Assembly: GCA_964539645.1 (NCBI GenBank)
Contig: CAZIJV010000008.1
Location: 19,461 to 83,460 of the forward strand
Length of the DNA stretch: 64,000 nucleotides
Source: an uncultured Syntrophobacter sp.
GTDB lineage: Bacteria; Desulfobacterota; Syntrophobacteria; Syntrophobacterales; Syntrophobacteraceae
Direction: 5' to 3'
Shown: piece by piece, positions 26,642-36,569 of the stretch
How positions within the stretch are numbered: position 1 is the stretch's first letter
How the letters are laid out: every line of letters starts with the position of its first letter
The notes under the pieces: model-generated
What the model saw: only the letters and a program-made list of their open reading frames with translations
What the model was told of the DNA's origin: nothing
Database searches by the model: none
Made by a program: the position numbers and the translations under genes

Positions 26642-26805
26642 AATTCCCCTCCTATTGGGCAGGTCAGATTTTAGTGAAGATCAACTAACGGAATTTTGAG
26701 GCAAAACGGAATCTCCGCATATTTAAGCATGGCTCTGGCAAGACTCAAGTGGAGAAGAGGCAAAGAAATGAGAAATGGGGGGATGAAAAGGGGTAGAAGA
26801 AAGCC

Positions 26806-28080
26806 CTATGTGACCGGCGGATTAAAATAGCCGAGCTTTACCTCGGGGAATTCATCGTGGATTCGGGCGATCAGCGTTGGGATGCCTAGCTGTGGCTCAC
26901 CAGGATCATGTCCCATCTCCCGGAGATACCATTCCGGGTCTATGTTCAGATTGCGCATCTGGATGAGATCGAGTCCCGTGCGCGCGATAAGCTCTCTGAG
27001 AGCTTCCCACTCGCCCTGTTGATCCGTGAAGCCGGGAAGAACAAAGTAGTTGATAGAGGCGAAGCCGCCGTGAGCCTTTACCGCTGCTATGGATCGAACG
27101 GCATGCTCGAAGGTGAAGCCCCTGGGGCGAAAATACCTGTGGTAGTATTCAGGACGGGCGCTGTTCATGCTCACCCTGATGCTTTGCAGTCCGGCGCCGC
27201 AGAGCGACTCCACCTCTTCGGGAAGGCTTCCGTTGGTGTTCAGGTTTATCGTGCCGCGAGAGGTCGTCCTTCGCATCATGGCGATAGCCTCTCTAATGGT
27301 TTTGGCCTGAAGGAGCGGCTCACCTTCACAACCCTGGCCAAAGCTCGCCACCGCCCGCCCGGCCCGCTCCAGGTGCGGAACGGCAACACCGCATATCTCC
27401 TCCGGAGTGGGCACGAAAGTGATGCGGTCCTGCGTGGCGCTGAGGCCTGTTTTTTCCTGGAGGCTGATGCACCCCAGGCACCGTGCATTACAGGTCGGAG
27501 AAGTGGGAAGCGGCGCTTCCCACCGGTTCATGAAAAGATTTCGCGCCGCGGGGCAGCCGTAAGTCAAAGCGCACTTTCCCAGGTGCTGAACAAGGCGGTT
27601 CTCAGGTTCGGCCTTCATTCTCCTCCTGGCGTTGCGTTCGATTTTGACCGGATCAAAATTGCGAAAATCCTGTCTCTGGTCCTTGTCGATTCTCACCGCG
27701 GGTACGACAAACCGTCCTTTGAGCCAGCCGACTGCCGTATAGGCGAACAGCGGCAGAAGCGGCGCGTGGGGAAGACTCTTGTAGGCGGTGGAATAGGTTT
27801 GCGTGTATGCGGGAGAAATAAAGGCTGCGACGGCGCCAACCTGCTTCGACGAGTCGAAGGGGTCGGAGGCGAGCGGTTCGAACAGGTTTTTCTCTGAATT
27901 GAACCCGACCGGGACCCTGTCGGGCAGGAGGAACAACTCGCTTCCTTCGGGAAGGGGAATCAGCTCATCGGCACGAGGCCTGATCCATTCGTGTGCGCTG
28001 GCGCCCGCCATTTCCAGTGCGGGCCAGTCCAGGATATTTCCTCTATCGTCAGCATAGACGAGAGCCGGCCTTCTTTTCAT
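26806..28080 (-). CDS. radical SAM protein, unknown substrate
   Basis: ORF 26806..28128. The CNARCLGC (CX3CX2C) cluster motif lies mid-protein, followed by GEPLL, NTNGS and VSMNS-type core strands. The N-terminal ~200 aa are unassigned. Start uncertain: 28128, 28080 or 28011. Confidence 0.85.
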   Translation of the reverse strand: MKRRPALVYADDRGNILDWPALEMAGASAHEWIRPRADELIPLPEGSELFLLPDRVPVGFNSEKNLFEPLASDPFDSSKQVGAVAAFISPAYTQTYSTAYKSLPHAPLLPLFAYTAVGWLKGRFVVPAVRIDKDQRQDFRNFDPVKIERNARRRMKAEPENRLVQHLGKCALTYGCPAARNLFMNRWEAPLPTSPTCNARCLGCISLQEKTGLSATQDRITFVPTPEEICGVAVPHLERAGRAVASFGQGCEGEPLLQAKTIREAIAMMRRTTSRGTINLNTNGSLPEEVESLCGAGLQSIRVSMNSARPEYYHRYFRPRGFTFEHAVRSIAAVKAHGGFASINYFVLPGFTDQQGEWEALRELIARTGLDLIQMRNLNIDPEWYLREMGHDPGEPQLGIPTLIARIHDEFPEVKLGYFNPPVT

Positions 28081-28924
28081 CTGTACAATCCAGCAGTTCC
28101 TTGAAGCTGTAAACCTGTGCGCCCGCAATCGATATCAGATTATAGAGCATTTGATCCAGAAATTCGAAGGCAAAGGGAGTCATACGCTGGTGGTGGATAA
28201 TAATGCCCGCCGGTTCCTTCATCCTGGAAAGAGATGAAATCTCTTCCAGCAGGCGTTCAAGATCCCGTTCCGGGTCTTTTTCTTTCCTCGTGTGCAGGTC
28301 GATACAAGCAGGCAGGTTTAAAAAGCCATAGGGAATCTTTGTCCCGGAAGGGTAGGGCAGGGCTGCGGAAATGCCCTTGAAGTCGAGCCTGCGCAAAGCC
28401 TTCATGGTTGCTGGAGAAAAGCGATTCCAGGGAGGTGTGAAGATCGGGACGAAATAAGGGCCGAATACGCGTTCCATTTTGAGGCGGCCCTGTTGTATGT
28501 CTGAATGCTGGTGTTCTGGAGAGCGGTCGCTTCCGAACTCGCATTTCTTGCCCTCTATCTGCCAGTTCACGTGGCGCCAGCCGTGCTGGTGCCAGCTCCA
28601 GAGGCTCTCGTCGATCCGGGCGATGTTGAAAAGGCGCTCGTGCCGCGCCTCGCTCAGCCATGCAGGCACTACCGCGAGGGCGAGCGGCGCCTGGTGATGG
28701 CGAAACAGAGTGCAGAGTGCATCAAAGGCTTTGCTGCCCGCGCCGATGTCGTCCGCACGGAAAAAGAGAGGCCCTATGCGCTCCGGGGCGATTTTCTCAA
28801 ACACCGCGGCAAGCTTGTGCCGCCAGCCCGGCAGGGCTTTTTTCCATATTGACGAATACCGCCGGGGCATATAGGAATCACTCAAGCCCAGTTTCTCAGT
28901 AAGAAGGCCGGAAGCCCTCTTCAT
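28049..28924 (-). CDS. putative metal-dependent carbohydrate/polysaccharide deacetylase-like protein
   Basis: 291-aa ORF. FFRADDIG and HQHGWRH resemble the DD and HxxxH metal motifs of NodB/YdjC-type deacetylases. This is a weak, motif-only call. Confidence 0.5.
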   Translation of the reverse strand: MKRASGLLTEKLGLSDSYMPRRYSSIWKKALPGWRHKLAAVFEKIAPERIGPLFFRADDIGAGSKAFDALCTLFRHHQAPLALAVVPAWLSEARHERLFNIARIDESLWSWHQHGWRHVNWQIEGKKCEFGSDRSPEHQHSDIQQGRLKMERVFGPYFVPIFTPPWNRFSPATMKALRRLDFKGISAALPYPSGTKIPYGFLNLPACIDLHTRKEKDPERDLERLLEEISSLSRMKEPAGIIIHHQRMTPFAFEFLDQMLYNLISIAGAQVYSFKELLDCTDEKKAGSRLC

Positions 28925-29123
28925 TGGGTACTCCTTCGGAGTTTACCAGTAAAAAGGGTTAACTCAGAACTCGTCGCGCGCAGGGAATAAACAGGATGGG
29001 TATTCAGCAAGTTTTTCACCAGCCGGGAAGCAATCTACAGGAGGGCTTCAGCCGAGTCAAGCCGGTAGTTCGACCGGCTTTAGATTATTCAGAGATCCCC
29101 GAACCGGACTGGAGCGGCAGGCA

Positions 29124-30374
29124 ATGAATGAGAAAGAAGACCTCGGGCAGAGCGCTACTAAGGCTCTCCAGCGGCGGATCAGGATGCATGTCGTCGGCGC
29201 CGACCATCAATTCGCGGTCGTCGTTCCGCCGGAACTTGCATCACTTTGCTTGAAGGAATGCCTGGAGATCGGCATCCCCGAACCGAAGCTTACCGATGCA
29301 GGAGTTGAGTTCGCCGGAAGACTCACGGACGCCTACAACTGTAATCTTCGGCTGAGGACCGCCGGCCGGGTGCTGTGCAGGCTTCCTTCTTTCCGGGCAG
29401 GCATATCCGAGGAACTGTTCTATAAGGCCGGGCGACTGCCCTGGGAACTCTGGCTCAATTCCGAAATTCCTTTGCGCATCGATGCCTGGGTTGAGCAATC
29501 GCGCATAAGCCATGAGGGGAAAACGGTCGAACTGATTTCTGAGGCGATCTCGAAACGCTTCCGTGAGGTGATGCATGACTCGAAGCCTGTACAGACCGCC
29601 GCCGCCGGTGATGAGGACAGGCATGAGGAGCAAGTCGCCCCGATAATGAAGCAGAGAATCCTTATCCATCTCATAAAGAACCACTGCCGCATCAGTCTCG
29701 ACATGTCCGGCCCCCACCTGCATGAGAGAGGCTACCGCCTCGAGCATGCCGGAGCGCCTCTGCGTGAAACCCTGGCCGCGGCGATACTGTTGAGGTCCGG
29801 ATGGGATGGACGTGAGCCGCTCGTTGATGGAATGTGCGGTTCAGGGACGTTTCCCATTGAGGCAGCCATGCGTGCGAGGAGGATTGCGCCGGGGGCTTCC
29901 CGCGGTTTTCTTTTTCAACTCTGGCCCTCTTTTCAGAAAAAAAGCTGGGAGTACCTCCGAAGAAAAGCGCTGGAAATGTCGATCGGCAGGTCGCCCGTGC
30001 CGATCATCGGCATCGACGCCGATTCTGAAGCGGTCGGCGTGTCTCGCGGAAATGCTCAGAGGGCGGGTGTAGACGGTGATATTGATTTCAGGCGGATGAA
30101 CTTCTTCGATTTCGATCCGCATGAGCACGGCCTGAATGAAGGCCTGCTGGTCCTGAATCCGCCTTATGGAAAACGATTGGGCTCGGGGGATAGCACACTC
30201 TACAACCAGGTAGGCGCTCACCTGCGCAGGAAGTTCAAGGGGTGGAAATATGCGCTCCTTGCGCCGACTCGTGCGGAGGCCGCGGCGGCGGGGGCGTCGG
30301 CACGCATGTGGAATATAAAACACGGTGGGATGCCCATTACCGTGGCTATCGGTAAGGTCTCCCACCGCGAGTGA
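29124..30374 (+). CDS. THUMP-domain class I SAM-dependent RNA methyltransferase (RlmL/COG0116-like)
   Basis: 416-aa ORF with DGMCGSGTFPIEAA (SAM motif I) and LVLNPPYGKRLG (NPPY motif IV), preceded by a THUMP-like N-terminal half. Confidence 0.85.
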   Translation: MNEKEDLGQSATKALQRRIRMHVVGADHQFAVVVPPELASLCLKECLEIGIPEPKLTDAGVEFAGRLTDAYNCNLRLRTAGRVLCRLPSFRAGISEELFYKAGRLPWELWLNSEIPLRIDAWVEQSRISHEGKTVELISEAISKRFREVMHDSKPVQTAAAGDEDRHEEQVAPIMKQRILIHLIKNHCRISLDMSGPHLHERGYRLEHAGAPLRETLAAAILLRSGWDGREPLVDGMCGSGTFPIEAAMRARRIAPGASRGFLFQLWPSFQKKSWEYLRRKALEMSIGRSPVPIIGIDADSEAVGVSRGNAQRAGVDGDIDFRRMNFFDFDPHEHGLNEGLLVLNPPYGKRLGSGDSTLYNQVGAHLRRKFKGWKYALLAPTRAEAAAAGASARMWNIKHGGMPITVAIGKVSHRE

Positions 30375-30381
30375 ATTCTCT

Positions 30382-31362
30382 TTACTTACTGGGGCTCATA
30401 AATCCGGGGCCGATTAGCTCGGGCAAATGCCGGGAGAGGATTTCATCGACTTTTGCGAGGTCTTCTTCCCCTATTTCCCAGTCAGAGGCCCAGATATTAT
30501 CCTCAGCCTGCTTCGCCGTCCGGGCTCCAGCTATCACGCAGGTCATCCCGGGCTGCTGGAGCGCCCACCTGAGCGCAAACTGAGACATGGTAACGCCGTA
30601 TGAGTTCGCAACGGCCTTCATTTCCTTCACGGCGTCCACATACTTTTTAAAACGGTCCGGCTTGAACTTGGGATCGGCCCGGCGAAGGTCTCCTTTTGGA
30701 AATTGCTCATTCCCTTTGAACTTTCCGGTAAGAAGCCCGCGGCACAGCCCGCCGTAGCCGAGTGTTCCAATTTCATTCTGCCTGCAGAACGGCAGGAGTT
30801 CCTTATCGGCTTCCCTCTCGAAAACATTGTATGGAGGCTGAAGGCTGAATACCGGTCCGGTTTCCTGGCATTCCTCGATTTGTTCCCGGCTGTAATTGCT
30901 CAGGCCTATATAGCGGATCTTCCCCTGTTCCTGAATCCTCATCAGTGTTTCCATGGATTTCTGAAACGGAACCTCGGGGTCCGGCCAGTGTACCTGGTAG
31001 AGGTCGATATAATCGACACCGAGCCGCCGAAGACTGTCGTCGATTTCCGCGAGAATCCGCTCGGGACTGGAGTTGCGCCGGATGCGCTCCCTGGCGTCCC
31101 ACTCAAGGCCCACCTTGGTCGCGATCACCACTTTTTCCCGTCCCCATTGCCCGATAGCCTTGCCGACTATTTCCTCGGACTTGCCAAACCCGTAAACCGG
31201 GGCGGTGTCGATGAAGTTGACGCCCAGTTCGAGCGCCCGCAGGATCGCGCGCAGAGATTCCGCTTCATCCGATCCGCCCCAGGCCCACCCGCCGGTAACC
31301 CAGGTGCCGAGCACAACGGGAGACACCACCAGGTCCGTCAGGCCAAAAGCTCTCTTTTCCAT
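30382..31362 (-). CDS. aldo/keto reductase
   Basis: ORF 30382..31407 trimmed to the ATG at 31362 (MEKRAFGLTDL), which follows a GGAGA SD. Motifs: NFIDTAPVYG, IATKVG, DLYQVHWPD, IRYIGLSNY. Confidence 0.9.
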   Translation of the reverse strand: MEKRAFGLTDLVVSPVVLGTWVTGGWAWGGSDEAESLRAILRALELGVNFIDTAPVYGFGKSEEIVGKAIGQWGREKVVIATKVGLEWDARERIRRNSSPERILAEIDDSLRRLGVDYIDLYQVHWPDPEVPFQKSMETLMRIQEQGKIRYIGLSNYSREQIEECQETGPVFSLQPPYNVFEREADKELLPFCRQNEIGTLGYGGLCRGLLTGKFKGNEQFPKGDLRRADPKFKPDRFKKYVDAVKEMKAVANSYGVTMSQFALRWALQQPGMTCVIAGARTAKQAEDNIWASDWEIGEEDLAKVDEILSRHLPELIGPGFMSPSK

Positions 31363-31403
31363 TGAGTTCTCCAGGGAAGTTAAGCAGTTCAAGGGAAGCG
31401 GCC

Positions 31404-31829
31404 TCAACTCTTGTCAATTCGCGAATGCTCGATCTTCATGCACTTGTCCATCACCACCCGGACGCCCGCCGCACGGGCTTTTGTCGCGGCTTCCTCGTGT
31501 GAGAGCCCGAGTTGCATCCACACGGTTCCGGCGCCGATTTCTATCGCCTCATCGACGATAGGAGGAATAGCTTCAACGTTGCGGAAAATGTCCACCACGT
31601 CCACATGCCCCGGGATAGACTTGAGGTCCGGGTAGCATGTCTCTCCGAGCACTTCCTTGTATTTCGGATTGACGGGAATCATTTTGTAGCCGTGCTGCTG
31701 CAAATACCTGGCGACCTTGTTGCTGTCGCGCTCCTCCTTGTGAGAAATGCCCACGACGGCGACCGTTTTGGAATCCTTTAAAATAGTCGCAACGTCAGCG
31801 CTGCCTGCACCCGATTTATTATCAGTCAT
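31404..31829 (-). CDS. CoA-binding domain protein (YccU/YneT-like)
   Basis: ORF 31404..31919 trimmed to the ATG at 31829 (MTDNKSG), after a GGAGG SD. VAVVGISHKEERDSNKVARYL, IPVNPK and VDVVDIFR are typical of CoA_binding_2 proteins. Confidence 0.85.
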   Translation of the reverse strand: MTDNKSGAGSADVATILKDSKTVAVVGISHKEERDSNKVARYLQQHGYKMIPVNPKYKEVLGETCYPDLKSIPGHVDVVDIFRNVEAIPPIVDEAIEIGAGTVWMQLGLSHEEAATKARAAGVRVVMDKCMKIEHSRIDKS

Positions 31830-32000
31830 GGTCAAGCCTCCAGATCCAAAGGGGTCAATTTCAATAAACGAAAGAATAAATGTACTTGAGAAAATAGACC
31901 AGCACCCGTAAACGGTCAAGCGCCTCTTCCTGATACGCCCACCTCATATGGAGCATGAAGCGCCGCCGTGGAAGACGGCGCTACCCTTTACGAGGGGCAA

Positions 32001-32040
32001 GCGTAGGGTGGGCACATTTTTCGTGCCCACCGTTTTCGAG
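32001..32040 (+). repeat. REP/MITE-like hairpin element, copy 1
   Basis: GCGTAGGGTGGGCACATTTTTCGTGCCCACCGTTTTC: a 9-bp stem, GGTGGGCAC (32007-32015) / GTGCCCACC (32023-32031), with a 7-nt loop. Collinear with the copies at 33901 and 34024 (inverted). Confidence 0.6.
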
Positions 32041-32234
32041 TAGAGTGAGCGACCTGTCCGCCCTTGCGATGGTAATGCAGTTGTCCCACCAGCCATAATG
32101 GCGCCGTCGCATTCAGGAGATGGCCGCTACGGATGATTCTGATGCCGTTTGCCGCCGGAACGCTGTACAATGCGGTCATGGCGTAACGGCTACAGGGCCG
32201 GGGCGGGAAAGATCATCAATAATGGAGTTCAGTA

Positions 32235-33797
32235 GTGGGCGAGATCTACTTTTTACTGGAGGTTCTCCGGATTCCGGCGGCCCTGCTTGCAGGCGCCGGA
32301 ATAATGTTTTTGTTCATGTGGATGAAGCTCAAACACGAGTGCGGACGAATCCGGGCCGAACTGGATACGGAGCGGTCTACCCTGCGCGAGCGCCTGCTGG
32401 GAAAAGAACAGCAGGTTAGCGCGTTGAGCGCATCGTATGAAAAAGCGACCCGTGATATCTCCGCGCTTACCGAGTCTCTGAGAGTCGAATCGCAAAAAAG
32501 AGCTGCGGCCGAGGAGAAAAACTCCCGCATTCCTGAACTGGAGTCGCGAATCGAGTCGCGGGAGAGCCATGCCGCAAAGCTCCAGGAGCAGAACAGCGGG
32601 TTGAAGTCGAGGGTATCCGAACTCGAGACTCTGCTGAGTGAAGAACAAAAACTCTCCGCTGAAAAACTCTCTTTATTGAACGAGGCCCAGGAGCGCCTCT
32701 CGGATGCGTTCAAGGCGCTCTCCGCCGATGCGCTCAAAAACAACAGCCACTCCTTCCTCCAGGTTGCGCGCATCACTCTCGAACGCTTCCAGGAGGGAGC
32801 GCGGACAGACCTCGATACGCGCCGAAAGGCCATAGACGACCTGGTCACGCCGCTTAAGGAGTCGCTGACCAGGGTGGACGAGAAAATCGCCGAAATAGAA
32901 AAGGCGCGAACGAGCGCCTATGTCAGCCTGACCGAGCAGTTGAAGTCCCTGTCCCGGACGCAGGACCAGCTCAACCGCGAGACCACCGCTCTTGTCCAGG
33001 CGCTGAAAACCCCGACTGTTCGCGGGCGCTGGGGAGAGATACAACTGAAGCGAGTCGTGGAAATAGCCGGCATGGTCGAGTACTGTGACTTCTGCCGGCA
33101 GGAAAGTTCATCGGGCGATTCCGGCAGGCTCAGGCCGGACATGCTCATCAGGCTGCCGAACAGCAAGAACGTGGTGGTTGATTCCAAGGCGCCTCTCCAG
33201 GCCTACCTCGAAGCGCTGGAGGCCAGGACTGAGGAAGTCCGGTGCGAGAAGCTCAGGGAACATGCCCGGCACATCCGGGTGCACCTTTCCCAGCTCAGCT
33301 CCAAGGCCTATTGGGATCAGTTCCAGCCCGCGCCGGAATTCGCCGTGCTCTTCCTGCCCGGCGAGACTTTCTTCAGCGCCGCCCTGGAGCAGGACCCCGC
33401 GCTCATTGAATTCGGGGTCGACCGGCGCGTGATCCTGGCCACTCCCACCACCCTGATCGCCCTTCTGCGAGCGGTCGCCTACGGCTGGCGCCAGGAAAAG
33501 ATTGCGGAAAACGCCACGGCCATCAGCGAACTGGGAAAAACGCTCTACGAGAGAATCCGCACCCTCGCCAGCCACTTCTCGGATATGGGCAAAGGCCTGA
33601 GCAGGGCGGTGGAGTCCTACAACAAGGCGGTCGGGGCCGTGGAGGGGCGGGTGCTCGTCACCGCCCGCCGATTCAAGGAACTCGGCGCCTCCGGCGGTGA
33701 CGACATAGAAACCGTCGAACCGATAGAAAAAGCGGCGCGCGAACTCCAGGCGGCGGAGATGCAACCATCGCTGCCGCCCTCCGGAAATGAGCGGTAA
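32235..33797 (+). CDS. rmuC: DNA recombination protein RmuC
   Basis: 520-aa ORF with a GTG start. It has an N-terminal membrane anchor, a long coiled-coil (E/K/L/S-rich) region and a C-terminal RmuC nuclease-like region ([28 protein letters not shown]). Confidence 0.9.
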   Translation: MGEIYFLLEVLRIPAALLAGAGIMFLFMWMKLKHECGRIRAELDTERSTLRERLLGKEQQVSALSASYEKATRDISALTESLRVESQKRAAAEEKNSRIPELESRIESRESHAAKLQEQNSGLKSRVSELETLLSEEQKLSAEKLSLLNEAQERLSDAFKALSADALKNNSHSFLQVARITLERFQEGARTDLDTRRKAIDDLVTPLKESLTRVDEKIAEIEKARTSAYVSLTEQLKSLSRTQDQLNRETTALVQALKTPTVRGRWGEIQLKRVVEIAGMVEYCDFCRQESSSGDSGRLRPDMLIRLPNSKNVVVDSKAPLQAYLEALEARTEEVRCEKLREHARHIRVHLSQLSSKAYWDQFQPAPEFAVLFLPGETFFSAALEQDPALIEFGVDRRVILATPTTLIALLRAVAYGWRQEKIAENATAISELGKTLYERIRTLASHFSDMGKGLSRAVESYNKAVGAVEGRVLVTARRFKELGASGGDDIETVEPIEKAARELQAAEMQPSLPPSGNER

Positions 33798-33900
33798 CGC
33801 GGCCCGGCGCCTCAGCACAGCTCCAAAGAGTGTCCATTGCGGGGGGCGAAAACACAAGAGGATATCCTGCGCAAAACTACAACTATGTGAGTTCAATTAG

Positions 33901-33942
33901 GCGCAGGTTGGGCAGGTTTTTCATGCCCAACAGTTTTTGAAC
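33901..33942 (+). repeat. REP/MITE-like hairpin element, copy 2
   Basis: GCGCAGGTTGGGCAGGTTTTTCATGCCCAACAGTTTTTGAAC. Stem: GTTGGGCA (33907-33914) / TGCCCAAC (33924-33931). Confidence 0.6.
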
Positions 33943-34023
33943 GTGCCGCCCTGACCGGGTTTTCACGAAAGCCTGGAAATAATCTTCATCATAACAGCAG
34001 GTCTGGTCCCGATCTGGTGTTTT

Positions 34024-34061
34024 AAAACCCGTTGGGCATGAGAAGCCTGCCCAACCTACGG
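34024..34061 (-). repeat. REP/MITE-like hairpin element, copy 3 (inverted)
   Basis: The reverse complement reads CCGTAGGTTGGGCAGGCTTCTCATGCCCAACGGGTTTT, matching copies 1 and 2. With copy 2 it forms an inverted pair about 160 bp across. Confidence 0.6.
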
Positions 34062-34612
34062 CCTGCCCGGTTACTCTATGAAGTACGGAGCAGTATTTAT
34101 ATCGTCCATCCCATAAGTTCGGCGAGTCTGCCCAATACATAAGGCGGACATCGTGAAGAGTCTTTTCGCATTCAGGCGCCGGTTGGTTCACCCAATTCCG
34201 TCATTCCCGTGGCGCTTTCAGGCGGGAACCCAGTGTCTTTCCGTACGGTTATCAGAACCATAATTCCAGGTTCCCATCAGCCTTACCTGTCGGCATTCAC
34301 CCTCTTGGCAGTCGTGAATGACGATAGCGCGCTCAGACATGCAAGGCCTCGTTGAGAATCGCGGCAACGGGCTTTGTGCTACCCGTGCCGAAAGCGGGAG
34401 GGGAGCACCGGCTTGCCTTAGTGCACACTCCCACCAGTCTGCCCGAACAAATACCACCGTGCCAGACTGTACGGTCAATCAACCGGGAAAAGAAAGGAGA
34501 AAGGGGCTGTTGAGTTACTCATTGAGCAACAGACTGTGCGCGTGTATACTCTGTATCCACGTACCCACCGACCAGATCGACAAAAAACTCCACTGCAGAG
34601 TACTAGAAAATA

Positions 34613-34641
34613 TTGACACTGTTTCAATTTGGTCGCATACT
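34613..34641 (+). promoter_or_regulatory. candidate sigma-70-type promoter with no obvious gene behind it
   Basis: TTGACA (34613-34618), a 17-nt spacer, then CATACT (34636-34641). It lies about 660 nt upstream of the qmoA ATG, inside the 1.5-kb gene-free stretch. Confidence 0.4.
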
Positions 34642-35028
34642 GCGCGACTGGCGCTATGGAATAGTTTTCAGTAAGATTTTCGTGTATATCAGCAGTTCTG
34701 AATGAATCCCCGCATTATGGCGTTTTTCGGTCAGGGCGACCGGATTTCCGGTGGTTTCTCAGGGAATGCCCCCATTCTCATCCGAAGGACGCAGGCGGGC
34801 ATTTTTGAATCCCTTTCCGGCTCCGGTGGAAAGAGCGCGGCATGGTCGTCCGGCCTCAGCTCTCCGGCAGCCACCGTGTTGAAAGGCAACTATGTAGGAT
34901 ACCCTTCACCCGTAATTCGCCGGAAACCGCTTCTGACCGTTCTGATTCTGTTCCGAAATTTCTCCCGATGATTTCCCGGTTAGTAGGTACCAAGGAATGG
35001 GTGTGCAAGGTCTTCGACCCGAAGGGAA

Positions 35029-35060
35029 GCGTTGGGCGCTTTTATTCAGTTTGCCCAATA
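35029..35060 (+). repeat. degenerate REP-like hairpin, possible copy 4
   Basis: GCGTTGGGCGCTTTTATTCAGTTTGCCCAATA: TTGGGC (35032-35037) / GCCCAA (35053-35058) around a 15-nt loop. It keeps the TTGGGC/GCCCAA core of the family. Confidence 0.3.
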
Positions 35061-35301
35061 TATTCGATAATTAGTGGTTGACGGCGGGGCGGGAAATTAT
35101 TTAAAACCCACCGTCAAGTAAATTACTGTTGCTCCGCGGCTTTCTCGTGGAATGGGAGAGCCTTACCGGGTATACAGGCGGCGAGAACGGCTCCCCGGTC
35201 TGCAATCCTGCCGACAAATCCGAGCTTATTCGTGGAGATTGCGCCCAATCGCATGTGGGGTTCTCGATATTTGTTTTTCTAATCAGCTTAGGAGGATAAG
35301 C

Positions 35302-36564
35302 ATGGTTAACGCAGTAACGCAAAGTATTCTGGTGGTCGGGGGCGGCATGAGCGGACTCACCGCCGCCATCGAAGCAGCAGAAGCGGGCCACGAGGTGTAT
35401 CTCGTGGAGAAGAATTCCTACCTGGGAGGTCGAGTCGCCCAGCTTCATCAGTATTTCCCGAAGCTGTGTCCCCCCTATTGCGGACTCGAACTCAATTTCC
35501 GCCGGATCAAGAACAACAGCAAGGTCCGCTTCTTTACCATGGCCGAGGTGGAGAAGGTTTCCGGCCAGGAAGGCAACTGGGATGTCAAGATCAAGCTGAA
35601 TCCCCGTCATGTCAATGAGAAGTGCACCGGCTGCGGGAAGTGTTCCGAAGCCTGCACGATGGAAATTGACAACCCTTTCAACTACGGCATGAACAAGATC
35701 AAGGCAGCGTATCTCCCCCACGAGATGGCCTTCCCACAGCGCTTCGTGGTCGATCCTGCCCTGGCCAAGAGCCCGGAAGGCGCAAAAGTAAAGGAAGCCT
35801 GTCCCTACGACGCCATTGAACTCGACATGCAGGCCAAGAGCTTCGATCTTAACGTGGGCGCGATTGTCTGGGCCACCGGCTGGAGCCCCTACGATGCGAA
35901 GAAGCTGGATACTCTCGGTTTCGGAACCTATCCGAACGTGCTCACCAACGTGATGATGGAGCGCCTCGCCGCGGGCAACGGTCCCACCCAGGGCAAGATA
36001 GTACGTCCGTCGGACGGCAAGGAACCGCAGACCGTCGCTTTCGTGCAGTGCGCCGGGTCGCGCGACGAGAACAATCTCGCCTTCTGCTCCTCGATCTGCT
36101 GCATGGCTTCGATGAAGCAGGCCACCTATGTGCGCGAGCAGTTTCCGGATGCCAAGATATACATTTTCTACATCGACATCCGGGCCATCGACCGGCTGGA
36201 ATCCTTTTACGCCAAGGTCAAGGAAGACGAGAACATCATATTCTTCAAAGGCAAAGTGGCGCGGATAGAAGAGGACAGCGCAACGAAGAACCTCATCCTG
36301 AGGGTCGAGGATACCACTTCGGGCAAACTGCAGCAGATCAATGTGGACCTGGCCGTACTCGCCACCGGCATGCAGCCGAATACTTCCATTTCGCCCGCGC
36401 CTGCCCCCATTCCGTACGATGATTACGGATTTGTCGCTTCCATCGAAGCGAAGCCCGGGTTCTATGCAGCCGGCTGCACGAGGACGCCCGCCGGAGTTTC
36501 CGAATCAGTTCAGGACGGCACGGCAGCAGCGCTTAAAGCCATCCAATCCGTTGTCAGGAGGTAG
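35302..36564 (+). CDS. qmoA: quinone-interacting membrane-bound oxidoreductase complex subunit A (HdrA-like flavoprotein)
   Basis: ORF 35152..36564 trimmed to the ATG at 35302, after AGGAGGA. Motifs: LVVGGGMSGLTAAIEAAEAGHEVYLVEK, CPPYCGLE, CTGCGKCSEAC, FVQCAGSRDENNLAFCSSICCMASMK. Size (420 aa) and the qmoB/qmoC neighbours fit QmoA. Confidence 0.9.
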   Translation: MVNAVTQSILVVGGGMSGLTAAIEAAEAGHEVYLVEKNSYLGGRVAQLHQYFPKLCPPYCGLELNFRRIKNNSKVRFFTMAEVEKVSGQEGNWDVKIKLNPRHVNEKCTGCGKCSEACTMEIDNPFNYGMNKIKAAYLPHEMAFPQRFVVDPALAKSPEGAKVKEACPYDAIELDMQAKSFDLNVGAIVWATGWSPYDAKKLDTLGFGTYPNVLTNVMMERLAAGNGPTQGKIVRPSDGKEPQTVAFVQCAGSRDENNLAFCSSICCMASMKQATYVREQFPDAKIYIFYIDIRAIDRLESFYAKVKEDENIIFFKGKVARIEEDSATKNLILRVEDTTSGKLQQINVDLAVLATGMQPNTSISPAPAPIPYDDYGFVASIEAKPGFYAAGCTRTPAGVSESVQDGTAAALKAIQSVVRR

Positions 36565-36569
36565 ACTCG

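Noticed and set aside
33883-34971. Short ORFs in the gene-free stretch: 33883..34191 (-), 34218..34478 (-), 34318..34674 (+) and 34702..34971 (+)
   Set aside because: None has an SD or a recognisable motif. One is built largely from the REP-like repeats, and the compositions are atypical. I regard them as chance ORFs, though a decayed pseudogene cannot be excluded without BLASTX.
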